Assembly: GCF_000143415.4 (NCBI RefSeq)
Contig: NW_003314261.1
Location: forward strand, 248,001 to 312,000
Direction of reading: 5' to 3'
DNA length: 64,000 nucleotides
DNA from: Selaginella moellendorffii
Lineage: Eukaryota > Plantae > Lycopodiophyta
Shown: positions 12,767-24,800 of the stretch, one piece after another
Numbering within the stretch: position 1 is the first letter of the stretch
How the letters are laid out: each line of letters starts with the position of its first letter
Notes under the pieces: generated by a model
Database searches by the model: none
The model's input: only the letters and a program-made list of their open reading frames with translations
What the model was told of the DNA's origin: nothing
Made by a program: the position numbers and the translations under genes

Positions 12767-13404
12767 CTAAACGTCGTCTTGGACGTGGTACATGGATTTG
12801 AGCTTGGCCACGCTTGCATCCTCACTCTCCAGGCTGTGCAACATCTTGAAGTAGCTGCTCATCTGCTTGCCCTGCGCCTCAGCCAGTGCCTCCTCCGCCT
12901 CTGCGTGAAGCTGCTGGCTTTCTCCTGAGACCATCAAACAAGAACCAAGAGATTCCAGACCTTGCAAAGAGTGTCCATCTCCCGCTTGTGCTTGTCATGC
13001 AGCCGCTTGAGCTGCGCAAGCTCCGGCGATCTCACCACCCTCATCTGCGTCTCCCTGCCACGCCTCGGCTGCTGCTTACAGCTGAAATGCCCGCTGCCAT
13101 GCACGGCGGTCACGGGCCTGGGCGTGCCAGCGATCATCACCAGGAACTTGTGCAGGTGCGTCACCACGTTGTCGGCATCGGCCGCGCTGCCCATGGTCAC
13201 CAGTGCGCGCCCAATCCCCAGCTGCTGCTTGGGATCAACGGGGTTCTTGACAAGCTCTACCGCCCGGACGTCTCCAAACTGCCGCAGCGCCGCCTCCACC
13301 GCAGCGGCGCTCACGGCGGGGGCCAGGCCCTCCACAACAACGACATGCCGCCGCGGATCATCGTCCCCTCCCGCGCGCGTCGCGGCAGAAGAACACATGA
13401 TCAT
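12767..13404 (-). CDS. RRM protein, AIPP1/EDM3-like (2 exons)
   Basis: RRM VVVEGLAPAVS..ALRQFGDV..RALVTM..FLVMIAGTPRPV followed by a helical tail (LKRLHDKH..QQLHAEAEEALA) resembling AIPP1/EDM3. Confidence 0.65.
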
Positions 13405-13414
13405 GAACGGGCAT

Positions 13415-13422
13415 AAACCCTA
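13415..13422 (+). promoter_or_regulatory. Telo-box (AAACCCTA) in a 48-bp divergent intergenic gap
   Basis: Exact AAACCCTA, with a CTAGGG inverted partner about 10 bp downstream. Confidence 0.55.
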
Positions 13423-13452
13423 GCCCGGGAAACTAGGGCTTTTGGGAGCAAG

Positions 13453-14966
13453 ATGAAGCCACCGGCTATCCTGTCGTGCCTGTCCAACCATTGCATCCTC
13501 CAGCCCAGCTCCGACGACGACGCCGCTGCTGGTGATGCTGCTGGTGATGCTGCTGCTGCTCCTCCTCTCCCCGCGCCACTCCAAGTGCCCGCTAACGAGG
13601 TAACAGGTTCTACATTCTCATATGCGGAGTGGCATTCTCATCGCCACGGGCTCCTTTGCAGTGCGCGGGCTGCCCCAAACAGATCAAGTTCGACTCGGTG
13701 CCTCTCCATGGCGGCTTCACGCTTCTCAGGGTCAGTCCCCCTTTGTTCCTCGTTGTGATCTCAGCCAGCGCGCCATGCAAACACAGGGCCGAATCAATGC
13801 GTCTGAAATACTTGGCATCTCCAACTCGGACCTCGTGCCTGGGAAATACGAAGGTGTGTGTGTGTGTGTGTCAAGTGGCCCATTTTTCTTTTCTCATTCA
13901 TCACTCCTCCTGAAGGTGGCTTTAAGCTGTGGGAATGCGCCATCGATCTCGTGGACACTTTGAGGCGCGAGATTCAAGACGGGCAACTCTCATTCCGGGG
14001 CAAGCGCGTTCTGGAAGTACGTACGATATTGTCTACTGCCTGCCTGTTCTAGAGTAAGGAAAATTGGCTTTGTCTCAGGTCGGGTGTGGCCATGGTCTTC
14101 CGGGAATCTTGGCGTGCATCAAGGTCAGCTCGGGTCTAGCTCGGGTCTAGCTCGTCATTTGAAGCAACCGGTGGTGAACTTTGCTCGTGTTTTGGTGGCA
14201 GGGCGCTTCTGTTGTCCACTTTCAAGATTTCAACGCCGAGGTGTTGAAGTGCTTGACGATCCCAAACGTGCATGCCAACCTCGATTACGCTCGTGCTCGG
14301 CTGTCCCAGTCCACTGATGCGCTCACGCCCACCAGGTCAACGGTGATTGCTCCCGAAGTCCAGTACTTTGCTGGAGACTGGGACAACGTTGGCTGCCTGC
14401 TCTCCACGGTCAAATCAAGTGCGGACGATCGAGACACCACCGACGGTAGCAGTGCGGTCACGGATGCCTCGGAGCCGGAGATGATTCGGAGTGAGAGCCA
14501 AACGGAGCTCAGCAAGAGTAGAAAGCGGTCCGGAAGCCGGGCTTGTGACAGCAGGAGGGAAGAGAGCGTGGACGAGGGCGGCTACGACGTTGTTCTCATG
14601 TCGGAGACCATATACTCGGTGTCTTCGTTTCCCAAGCTCTATGCTTTGATGGCTAAGGTATGCACCGCACCGCACCGCACCGTCTTTCTTTACACAAGGA
14701 AAAAAATCTGGCTTTGCTTGCTCAGTGCCTGCGGCCATATTATGGAGTGGCATATGTTGCCGGCAAGAAGCACTACTTCGGCGTGGGCGGTGGAACTCGA
14801 CTATTTAAGCATATGGTCGAGGAGCAAGGTTTGTATCTCGTTTGCTAACAGAAAGAATAACACTCGGTTTCGTGACCCAGGTGTCCTGGGAGCTCATCTC
14901 GTTGCCGAGTTTGCGGATGGCTCGTCGAATGTAAGAGAGATATGGAAATTCTTCTTCAAGCAATAA
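13453..14966 (+). CDS. Histidine protein methyltransferase METTL18/Hpm1-like, multi-exon
   Basis: DLVPGKYEGGFKLWECAIDL, GKRVLE-VGCGHGLPG (SAM motif I), HFQDFNAEVL, YDVVLMSETIY and KKHYFGVGGG. Confidence 0.88.
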
Positions 14967-14975
14967 GAAACAAGG

Positions 14976-16838
14976 ATGAATGCTTGTGGCGGCTTGGGCT
15001 TGGACCGGAGAGGCTACATCCATGCGATGAAGTCGTGCCGGAGTTTGTCAGTGGCGGAGAGCATTCATTCCCAGGTCCAGCACCTTCTCCATGCCGACGT
15101 GCAAATGTCCAACATGCTGCTTCACATGTATGCCAACTGCGGGAGCGTGGAGCGTGCGCGTGCCGTGTTCGATGGGATCGCGCCCCGGGCCAGGAATCTC
15201 TTCTCCTGGGTGCTCATGCTGTCCGCGTATGCCCGAAGTGGGCATACGCGTCAGGCGCGCCAGGTGTTTGAAGCCATGCCCGAGCACGACCTCGTGTCCT
15301 GGACAAGCATCCTGGATGCTTACGGCCGGGAGGGGATGCTGGGCGAAGCATGGCAAGTGTTTTGCAGCATGCGCCAGAGGGACCTCGTCTCCTGGGCAGC
15401 GATGCTGGCGGCCTTTGTAGCAAATGGGAGGCTCGATTGCGCCAAGCGTATCTTTGACGCGATGCCGGAGAGGAACCTCGTGTCGTGGACGTCTATGCTG
15501 TCAGCGTATGCTCAAAGGCGGCATCTGTACAAGGCCAAGCGAATGTTTGATGGGATGCCCGAGAGGGACTTGGTGTGCTGGACGGCGATGCTGGTGGCCT
15601 ATGCACAAAACGCAGTCGTTGAGCAGGCCAAAGCCGTGTTTGATGCAATGCCGGAATGGGAGCTAGTGTGCTGGAACGCAATGCTGGCGGCGAATGCTCA
15701 AAACGGGCGTGTGAGCGACGCAGTGGCCCTGTTCGCCTCCATGCCTGAAAAGAACCTGTGCTCTTGGAACACACGCCTGTCCCTGGAAGCGGACAGTGGT
15801 AGCATGGATCGGGCCAAGCAACTGTTCTTGCATGAGATGCCTGAGTGGAACGTGGTGACCATGAACGCGATGGTTACGGCGTATGGTCAGAACGGGCACC
15901 TTGTCGAGGCTCGGCGTGTGTTTGATGCCATAGGAAAGGAGAGGGATGTCATCTCTTGGAATGCCATGCTCACCGCTTACGCCCAACACGGTGGTGGCAT
16001 GGAGGAGGCAAAGCTCGTGTTTGACAGCATGCCGGAGCACAACCTCGTCTCCTGGAATGTCATGCTGTGCTGCTACGGACAGCACGGACACGTCGGGCAG
16101 GCCAAGCGGATGTTCAGCGTGCTGCAGGAGCTTGAGCAGTGTGACCTCGTCTCTTGCAACAGCATGCTGTCGGCCTATGCGAGCTGCGGGGAGCTGGAGC
16201 AAGCCCAGCTCATGTTCGATTCGATGCAGGAGAGGGACCTCTTCTCGTGGAACATACTCCTATCGGCTTATGCGGCGGCGGGGCGCACGGTGCAAGCCAG
16301 GCAAGTGTTCGGGCGCATGCCAGAGCGAGCCGTCGTGTCGTGGAATGCGGTGCTGGCGGCGTATGCGCAGCGCGGTACCGCCGGCAGTGCGAGTGAGGCG
16401 CTGGAGGTGCTCCACGGCATGCTGCTGGTGGAGATGCCCGACGAAGTCACCCTCGTGTGCGCGCTGCTGGCGTGCAGCCGCCTTGGCCAACTCGCCACCG
16501 GGCTGCACTTGTTCAGATCCATGGCCAGCGACTTGCAGCTGCTGCATGCCACACAAAAGCACTACGGCTGCATGGTGGACGTGCTGAGCCGTGCTGGCCA
16601 TGCGGAGGCGGCCCGCGATCTGGTGGCGGCGATGCCGTTTGTGCCCACTGCCCAGGAGTGGAGGTGCCTGCTCATGAACAGCAGCAGCGGCTCCAAGCTT
16701 GCGGCCAGCCGCGTGTTTGCGTTGGAGCCCAACGACTGTGCGGGCTACGTGCTGCTGGCCAACACCCGGAGCATGCCGCAAGCTGGGGCATTGGTTTCAA
16801 CGGTGGGAATATGCCAGGGGGCATCTTCGGCCACGTAG
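14976..16838 (+). CDS. Pentatricopeptide repeat protein (PLS class, mostly 31-aa repeats, E-like end, no DYW)
   Basis: Intronless ORF with repeated FDxMPERDLVSWxAMLxAYA units, plus HYGCMVDVLSRAG and YVLLAN. Confidence 0.9.
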   Translation: MNACGGLGLDRRGYIHAMKSCRSLSVAESIHSQVQHLLHADVQMSNMLLHMYANCGSVERARAVFDGIAPRARNLFSWVLMLSAYARSGHTRQARQVFEAMPEHDLVSWTSILDAYGREGMLGEAWQVFCSMRQRDLVSWAAMLAAFVANGRLDCAKRIFDAMPERNLVSWTSMLSAYAQRRHLYKAKRMFDGMPERDLVCWTAMLVAYAQNAVVEQAKAVFDAMPEWELVCWNAMLAANAQNGRVSDAVALFASMPEKNLCSWNTRLSLEADSGSMDRAKQLFLHEMPEWNVVTMNAMVTAYGQNGHLVEARRVFDAIGKERDVISWNAMLTAYAQHGGGMEEAKLVFDSMPEHNLVSWNVMLCCYGQHGHVGQAKRMFSVLQELEQCDLVSCNSMLSAYASCGELEQAQLMFDSMQERDLFSWNILLSAYAAAGRTVQARQVFGRMPERAVVSWNAVLAAYAQRGTAGSASEALEVLHGMLLVEMPDEVTLVCALLACSRLGQLATGLHLFRSMASDLQLLHATQKHYGCMVDVLSRAGHAEAARDLVAAMPFVPTAQEWRCLLMNSSSGSKLAASRVFALEPNDCAGYVLLANTRSMPQAGALVSTVGICQGASSAT

Positions 16839-17018
16839 GACGTACATGGGTCATTCATTATCGCCAGCGCTTGTGGAGAGGTAGAGGAGGGAGCGGCGCT
16901 GCTCTATCCAGGGCTTGCGCGTGCTGGAGGATCACAAATGCGCAATGCAATTGAGGTGGTAACAGTAGTAGTAGTCGATGCGCAGCTAGACTTTTAGTGG
17001 CAACGAGAGGGTGCTCGA

Positions 17019-18422
17019 ATGGCTAGCAGCATGCCATCGACCGTGATGATTTCGAGCAGGATGGATTCGATCTGCAGGCCGTGCCTTGCTGCCAAGTCGG
17101 GCCTTCGCTATTGTAGGCCAAGAGCAGCAGCAGCAACAGCTCAGTTCTCGTCCACCAACAAGCTCAAGCTTGAGCCACTGCTCATCGGCGGAGTGATTAG
17201 TAGGCAGCAGCCCCGGGCATCATTCAAGGCAGAGACGTATGAAGCCAACCAAGGCGAGACGGCGCCGCCAAGTAGCGCCGAGCCAGCGGCTCCCATGAAC
17301 AGGCTCAAGATTGGGATCTACTTCGTGACATGGTGGTCCCTCAACGTTGTATTCAACATCTACAACAAGAAAGTCTTGAACGCTTACCCCTTCCCATGGC
17401 TCACGTCCACGCTTTCCTTGCTCACTGGCTCCACGCTCATGTTTCTGTCATGGGCAACAGGACTCGTCGCTCCACCCGACACAGATGTGGAATTCTGGAA
17501 ATCGCTCTTCCCGGTAAGCTCTCGCTCATGCTTAGCTAAACGAGAAATAACAATCTCTATTGTGTGCTCCTGTACAGGTAGCTTTGGCCCATACCATTGG
17601 TCACGTAGCAGCGACGGTGAGCATGTCCAAGGTGGCTGTCTCCTTCACGCACATTATCAAGAGCTCGGAACCGGCATTTAGCGTGGTGATCCAACGCCTT
17701 TTTCTGGGAGAGCACTTCTCCCTCCCCGTCTACCTCTCGCTGATACCGATCGTAGGTGGCTGCGGTCTTGCGGCTCTCACAGAGCTCAACTTCAACATGA
17801 CTGGTACGCATATGAGCTTAGTGATTGAGCCGATCCGAGTTTCACGTCTTTCTTTCAGGATTTGTGGGGGCGATGGTGTCCAACATTGCCTTCGTGTTTA
17901 GGAACATCTTCTCCAAGAAAGGAATGAAGGCTGGCAAGGCAGTCGGAGGCCTAAACTACTACGCCTGCCTCAGCATCATGTCGCTGGTCCTCCTCACGCC
18001 GTTTGCACTCGTAGTGGAGCCACCACAGCAGTGGATCTCTGGGTGGAATGTTGCCGTCCAAAACGTTGGTCCTCAACTCTTCTGGTACGTATATTAGGCA
18101 GCGAGCGGTGACGCATCTCAACTCGTCTCACTAATGCAGGTGGGTCATGGCCCAGAGCGTGTTCTATCACCTCTACAACCAAGTCTCATACATGTCCTTG
18201 GATGAAATATCTCCTCTCACATTCAGCATTGGGAACACCATGAAGCGAGTCTCGGTCATTGTATCCTCCATAATCATCTTCCGGACACCGATCCAGCCCA
18301 TCAATGCCGTAGGAGCTGCCATTGCCGTGCTGGGAACGTTTTTCTACTCGCAGGTACAGCATACGCTAGCTATTTAACTCAAGTCGTGACACCTTTTTGC
18401 TTACTCGCAGGCAAAGCAGTGA
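17019..18422 (+). CDS. GPT: Plastid glucose-6-phosphate/phosphate translocator, copy 1 (5 exons)
   Basis: Transit peptide, then LKIGIYFVTWWSLNVVFNIYNKKVLN, AHTIGHVAATVSMSKVAVSFTHIIKS and YHLYNQVSYMSLDEISPLTFSIGNTMKR. Ends YSQ-AKQ*. Confidence 0.93.
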
Positions 18423-18489
18423 TCAAACATGTATGCTTATTCAAAGTGTCAATTATGTACACAGGCGCAATTTACATGTCTATAAAACC

Positions 18490-19827
18490 TCAACCTTTCA
18501 AAGAGTACTTCCTGCCAGTAAAGGCTTGAAACTTTGCTTCCTTGGGAGCTTCTTCTTTCTCCTCACTGGGCTTCTCGGGTGGCTGTCACAAAGAGATAGA
18601 TTACACACCAGGGATGTAACAACAACGAGTGTGGTCTCTACCTTTGGAGTTGCGTCAGCAGCATTTGCCGTTGCTGGCCCAAACACAAGCTTTCCATGCG
18701 GTCTTTGTGCGGGATCCGGAGCAGGAGGAACTACCTTAGGCTTTGGTGCGGAAACAGCCGGAGCCTCTTGTGTGGAAGGCACAGGCCACGCCTTTGGTGC
18801 CTTCCCATCTAGTCTCCTTCCAACACCCGTAAACGCGTTAAACTTGGGCTCCTCGGCCGCCTCAGCTTCTCCGTCAGCTGCTGCACGAATCACACACACT
18901 AGTTGTCTAGACGGTAAAGGCATGGACAGATTTGTCACCTGTGGCGGCCGCAGGCGGCTGCTGTGGTGGCGCCGCCCTCTCTGGCTCTTTGTAGTCGAGT
19001 GGCGGAGCAAAGTCAACCTCGCAGTCCGTTTCGATGATTGAGATTGCTGGTGCAGGCTTGGCTTCCACAATATCAATGTAGTACTTCTTGTTGTTGTACG
19101 CCACCATGATGTTGTCACCCACAGTGAGGCACGAGAAATTCCTCAGCGTGGTTTCTAATCTGCAAAGCAAGAAAAAACGGAATTTGGAGAGCTGTTAGCA
19201 GAGTAAGTACAAGGCTGGTGGCACCTCACTTACACAGCCTTGGGGTTGGAAATGTCAAGAAAGTCCTTGGTGTGAGGCTGCAACTTGACATAGCTGCCCT
19301 TGGGGAGCGTCGCGCTTTTCACTCTCACAAGGTCGCCCTCTTGAAGCAAGAGGTTTTGCATCATCTAGGAAGCGCCGTGTCAGCCACTTGGGGTGAAAAC
19401 GATGCTGGTCTAGCTACACTCACCCAGTAAGGCATGATGATGATTCCTTCGTCGGCCACGAACTCGAGAACTCCGCAGTGTGATGTCCGCGACGTGGCGG
19501 GATTGTGCACCTCAAAGAGCATGGGATAGTCGATCCGTAACGACGCCAGGCGGTCCAGGGCGGACGGAGGCATGATCACTTTGTCGCCGTTCTCCAGATG
19601 AGGCTGGCAAGGAGAAGCGCACGTCGCAAAACCGGGTGGAGCGAGAGAGAGAGAGAGAGAGAGAAGAGTCTCTTACCTTGTCGATGAAGGAGGCGGAATA
19701 GCAGCGATAATTCTGCTCAAACGGCAAGGCCGAGAAATTGATGCCATATCCCCCGAAGTACTGCGGCATCACAAAGCACTGGTTTTCAGCTTGGTGTTGC
19801 TAGCAAAGAAGCCGCCGCGCTCACCAT
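18490..19827 (-). CDS. UFD1: Ubiquitin fusion degradation protein 1, multi-exon
   Basis: [54 protein letters not shown] and [19 protein letters not shown] boxes [14 protein letters not shown] and [13 protein letters not shown]. Confidence 0.93.
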
Positions 19828-19855
19828 GGCTGTGGATCTCTGTTGCTCCGCGCGA

Positions 19856-19863
19856 AAACCCTA
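19856..19863 (-). promoter_or_regulatory. Telo-box upstream of the UFD1 ATG
   Basis: AAACCCTA on + (TAGGGTTT in the gene sense), about 30 bp before the ATG. Confidence 0.5.
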
Positions 19864-20174
19864 AGCCTTGCCCTAATCCGCTGGAATGATGTGGCTTTAA
19901 ATCGCGTTCACGTGGCAGCTCCACCAGCCGCTGGATCTGGAAATTTGGGAATTCCCTGTCTCTCGACACACACACACACACCCACTGCACATGGTTTTTT
20001 TTTCTTCGTCCCCCGGTTGGACCAACTTTGCTTGCAAGCAACTGTTGTCTCCGAGTTTAATCTGCTGTGTCAGAGTAAAAGATTGATATATAATATCATG
20101 TGGTGATCTCGACATGGTACTTCATTCGAATGCCCCGGCCCGCTTGCGAGCGATCATCGCAAGATTTCAAGAGA

Positions 20175-22179
20175 ATGCGGCCCCAAGCCTTCCTCTTGCT
20201 GCTCATGGCCATGGCTGCCGCAGCCTTCTCCGGAGGGAGCAGCGCGAAGACCCTTCACATTGGCTTCCTGTCGTCGGAGCCGGACTGGGCAATTCCGGAA
20301 TCTCTCTCGCTCGAATGGTCGGTATCCGCCTTTAACTTAGATGATATATACAGAGGTAGATGTAATCACAGTCCTCCTCACTCCGCCCATCTGAAACCAA
20401 TAGGCAATCCGCGTTCCAAGTCGCAGTGCAGGTCCTCAACAGCGAGGCCAGGGATTCCGCACTGAGATTGGAGGGCGTTTGGGAGCGGTGTGGGTGCGAC
20501 TGGACATCGGCCCAGAACGCGGCGGCACGGCTGGTTGAGGAATCGCGGAGCAAAGGGGGGCCGGGCGCGCTGCTTGGGGTCGTCGGCCCCGCCTGCAGCC
20601 AAGCAGCCGCTGCAGCAGCCAAGGTGTTGCAAGAGCATCAGATCCCGCTCGTCTCATTTGCGGCCACAGCTGCTCGCCTCTCCAACAGGGACCTATATCC
20701 AAACCTTTTCAGAACAGTGTAAGCACTTCAGAACCCAGTGTGACACCCATTCACGATTGTGCGTGGATCTTCACCTACAGGTACAGTGACGACCATCAAG
20801 CCTCCTCCATCGCCGCAATGGTAACAATCATGCATGCATATGGTGATACGCACTCCATGTAATAAATGGTGGGTGGCAAACAGGTGAACCAGTTGCAAGC
20901 GACAAACGTCACGATCGTCTACACCAACGACGCATACAGCTTGCCCCTGGCCCAACAAATACGCGTAAGTAACGAGTGATTGCAATTTATATTCTTGCAT
21001 GCACAGTCTCTGTGCGACGGAAACGTCTTCAGGATGGAGCTGCTGGAGATGGGAGTGAACGCCACCTTGAACTCGAGGCAAATCGACGGCATGTTCAACG
21101 CGATTGAGCCTTACACCTTCCTCGTCTTGGCACTCCAACCATCGGTAGCCACGCAAATGTGGGAGCTGGTGCTTAAGCTGGTGCGTTTCTGTATAATTAT
21201 GGTTTCCGATGCCAATTACACAAGCCAGAGCAGGGCAAGGCGTCTTATCCTTGGTGGTATTTGGGCAGCGATGGCGTCACCGCAGTGGATATAACACAAG
21301 AAGGTACTAATATACTCTGACTGTACGTACACCAACTGTAGATTGAATCTAATCGAGAATCCCTGCTCAAAGGGAGTGGTCGGCTGGAAGGAGAGATTGG
21401 CATTGCACCATATGGTATGCAGTCAGCGCCATAGCTTTTGCCAAGCATGAATTCATTGAATGCGTTTTGCAGGTGGTGACCCGTCGGACGAGCTAGTGTG
21501 CCAGAAGTTTTACGAGCACTGGAGCGAGCGTCAGCAAGAGTATCCAGGCTTTGCATCGAACCGGAGCACCTCGTACGTGCCTTACTTGATCGACGCGGTC
21601 ACGTCTCTGTTCGAGGCTGCGAATCAAGCATCCGCACAAGGCATTGCAGCGGTAAACGCCAGCAGTGTGCTGGCGGCGCTGAGATCAGGGAGAGCGCACA
21701 AGGGATGCACCGGGAGCGTTGAATTCGATCCCGATACTGGCTCCAGGCTTGTCACGTCGTCTGCGACAGTCTACGAGCTCGTCTCCTACGCTGGCAGCAC
21801 CTGGCAGGCATGGAGGAGCTCTACTAGAGTTTGCCTGATTGCTTCTCTTGTGGTTTTGTGCAGTTGAAAGGAAGGATTGTGAACGGGCGCTTGTCAAGCT
21901 TGCAGCCGGTGACAAGGCCGGGCACGTTTCCAGCCAACAGCAGCGCTGCCGAGGTATGTGTACCCCTCGATCGATATGGAGTGAAAACCTTGTACTCGCT
22001 CCCAGGTGTACTACGTTGGTGGCGAGGACAAAGGCCGCAAGAACAGCAAAGTGAACGCGGCGCTGGTGGCGGCCATTCTAGTCTTGTGCACAGCCTTCAT
22101 CGTCGTCTCGGTGTCGCTCGTGTGCTACCACAAGCTACGTCACAATTCGCCACTCACATTCTTCCGGATGCAGCACTGA
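20175..22179 (+). CDS. Type-I membrane protein: signal peptide, ANF-receptor/LIVBP (Venus-flytrap) ectodomain, one TM helix and a short tail
   Basis: MRPQAFLLLLMAMAAAAFS (signal), LHIGFL, LLGVVGPACSQAA...IPLVSFAATAARLSNRDLYPNLFRTV-YSDDHQA, VTIVYTNDAYS, WWYLGSDG, YLIDAV and KGCTGSVEFD. TM VNAALVAAILVLCTAFIVVSVSLVCY, then tail HKLRHNSPLTFFRMQH*. Confidence 0.8.
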
Positions 22180-22325
22180 CTAGGCTTAGATCGTGTACCG
22201 AAAAATGCAAATGGATCTTGAGTTAAAAATAAAAGTGTTCTCGATTAGGGCACGGAGCTCCAGATCGGAGTTGTAGGGGCCCGGGGGAGCGCAGTCCGCG
22301 TCTAGGGCTGCCAGTGGTGGGAGCG

Positions 22326-24800
22326 ATGAGGATGCATTCCCTGCCGGCGTGGCTGCTGCTGGCGTGCCTGCTGCAGCTCGCCCTAGCTTCCGAATACGAT
22401 CACAAGGTGAAGATTTCTTGCCCATTTCTCTTTCTCGCTTTGCCGGATCGGGGGACTCACGCGTGCTGTGGCGGTGCGTGCTTGCTTGCTTGGGCAGTAC
22501 GACATTGGCGACGCTGTTGTGCTGTGGGTGAACAAGGTCGGCCCCTACAACAATCCCCAGGAGACTTACAACTACTACAGCCTGCCCTTCTGCCAGCCCG
22601 GAAATGCCAATCCCGCACACAAGTGGGGGGGATTGGGAGCGGTGCTGGAAGGGAACGAGCTCATCGACAGCCAGATCGACATCAAGTTCAAGAGTAAGTC
22701 AATGCCTTCGCTCTGCCGGCGCAGGCACTCACAGCGCACATCGTGTTGCAGAGTCTGTTGACAAGGTTACGATATGCAAGCTGGATCTGAATCAGAGAAA
22801 AGCCATGGAATTCAGAGCGGCCATCGAGGAAACATACTGGTTCGAGTTCTTTATGGGTAAGCCATTCTTCCTTTCTTTGAAAACTCTCTAACCGGCGCCT
22901 TTTTTCCAACCAGACGACTTGCCGCTGTGGGGTACGTCTTTCTCCATTTCTCTTTTGCGTCCAGTAGATTCATAGTCCCCGCAGGATTTGTTGGTGAGTA
23001 CCACCACGGCAAGGCGGAGGAGCAGAATGTAGCCATTTACACTCACAAGCACCTCGTTATCAAGTACAACAAAAACCAGGTGCTTACTCTCTTTTCCTCT
23101 CTCTGTGATGCTGATTATGTTTTCCGCTATGTAGATCATCCAAGTCAACCTTACGCAAGATGGTCTGCAGCCACTTTCGCCTGGCAAATCCCTGGAGTTT
23201 ACATACTCCGTGAAATGGATCGAGACAAACACGAGTTTCCACAAGAGATTTGATGCCTACCTGGACTATCCATTCTTTGAGCATCAGGTTTGTTGTCGTC
23301 TGTCTTTGTACAAGTTTAAACTCCTGCTTGTGGTATCTTCGTGCAGATTCACTGGTTTTCGCTCTTCAACTCGTTCATGATGGTCATATTTCTGACTGGC
23401 CTGGTGTCTATGATACTCATGAGAACGCTGAAAAATGACTATGCGAAGTATGCCCGCGAGGAAGATGATCTCGAGACTCTGGTACGTTTATGTTGCGCAT
23501 TGCAGTGGCTGAAAGAACTTTTCCAGGAAAGGGACGTGAGTGAAGAGTCTGGATGGAAGCTTGTCCACGGTGATGTCTTCAGACCGCCACGCTATCTTGT
23601 TTTGCTGTCTTCGCTTGTTGGTACCGGTGCTCAACTGGCTGCGCTAGTCTTTCTGGTGATCTTGCTGGCCATCGTCGGGATGCTTTATGTTGGGTAAGTA
23701 TCTGTCACGCTGCGGCCGAGGTGCTCATCGCTCGCCTCGCCCTTTGTTGATGCAGGCGGGGAGCAATAGTGACAACCTTCATTGTATGCTACGCTCTTAC
23801 GTCATTCATCTCCGGTTATGTTAGTGGCGGGTTTTACTCGCGAAACGATGGTAGGTAATGCTTCTACCTGTGGTGCTAACAATCCCTTACACGCTTTGGA
23901 GCAGGCAAGCACTGGATCAAGTCCATGCTGCTAACGGCCTCGTTGTTTCCTTTCATCTGCTTTGGCATCGGTTTTGTTCTCAACTTTGTCGCAATTTTCT
24001 ATCGCTCGTTGGCCGCCATTCCCTTCGGTACCATGGTACGTTGCAGAGATGATTTTTCTTTTCTCTCCTGAACTTTTATTTTACAGGTCGTTGTTTTTGT
24101 CATCTGGGCATTCATTTCATTTCCCCTGGCTCTTCTTGGGACTGTTGTGGGGCGAAACTGGAACGGGACGCCTGATAACCCCTGCAGGGTGAAGACCATC
24201 CCTCGTCCGATACCGGAGAAGAAATGGTATCTCAAGCCATCCATCGTGGCGCTTATGGGAGGCTTACTCCCATTCGGGAGCATCTTCATAGAGATGTATT
24301 TCGTGTTCACGTCCTTTTGGAACTACAAGGTAACCCGGTCGAGCCCAGTTTTTTCAGTCTGCTGATCTGAGTCCGTGGTGCATGGCAGGTCTACTACGTC
24401 TATGGTTTCATGCTGCTCGTGTTTCTGATCCTCCTCATTGTCACGGTCTGTGTGACCATCGTGGGCACGTACTTCCTGCTAAATGCGGAGAACTACCACT
24501 GGCAATGGACGTCCTTCTTCTCAGCTGCATCCACGGCCGCGTACGTGTACCTCTACTCGGTTTACTACTACTTCATGAAGACCAAGATGTCCGGGTTTTT
24601 CCAAACGAGTTTCTACTTCGGCTACACTCTGATGCTCTGCGTTGGACTGGGGAGCCTCTGTGGTGAGTACCATACACTCCGATTGTTTTCTTGGTCGGAT
24701 GGATTGATGACTTTGATGGTTTTGATGCGCAGGTGCGGTGGGCTACTTGGGCTCGAGCGTGTTTGTTCGGAGGATCTATAGGAACATTAAGTGCGACTAA
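22326..24800 (+). CDS. TMN1: Transmembrane 9 superfamily (EMP70/nonaspanin, TMN1/TM9SF3-like), multi-exon
   Basis: [67 protein letters not shown] and [11 protein letters not shown]-terminal NIKCD* is a KxD Golgi motif. Includes an 18-nt micro-exon at 22914-22931. Confidence 0.95.

Noticed and set aside
14129-14156. 11-bp tandem repeat GCTCGGGTCTA
   Set aside because: Intronic slippage duplication with no evident function.
20175-22179. Calling the VFT gene a GLR channel or a class C GPCR
   Set aside because: No S1/S2, pore/SYTANL or 7TM sequence is present before the next gene.
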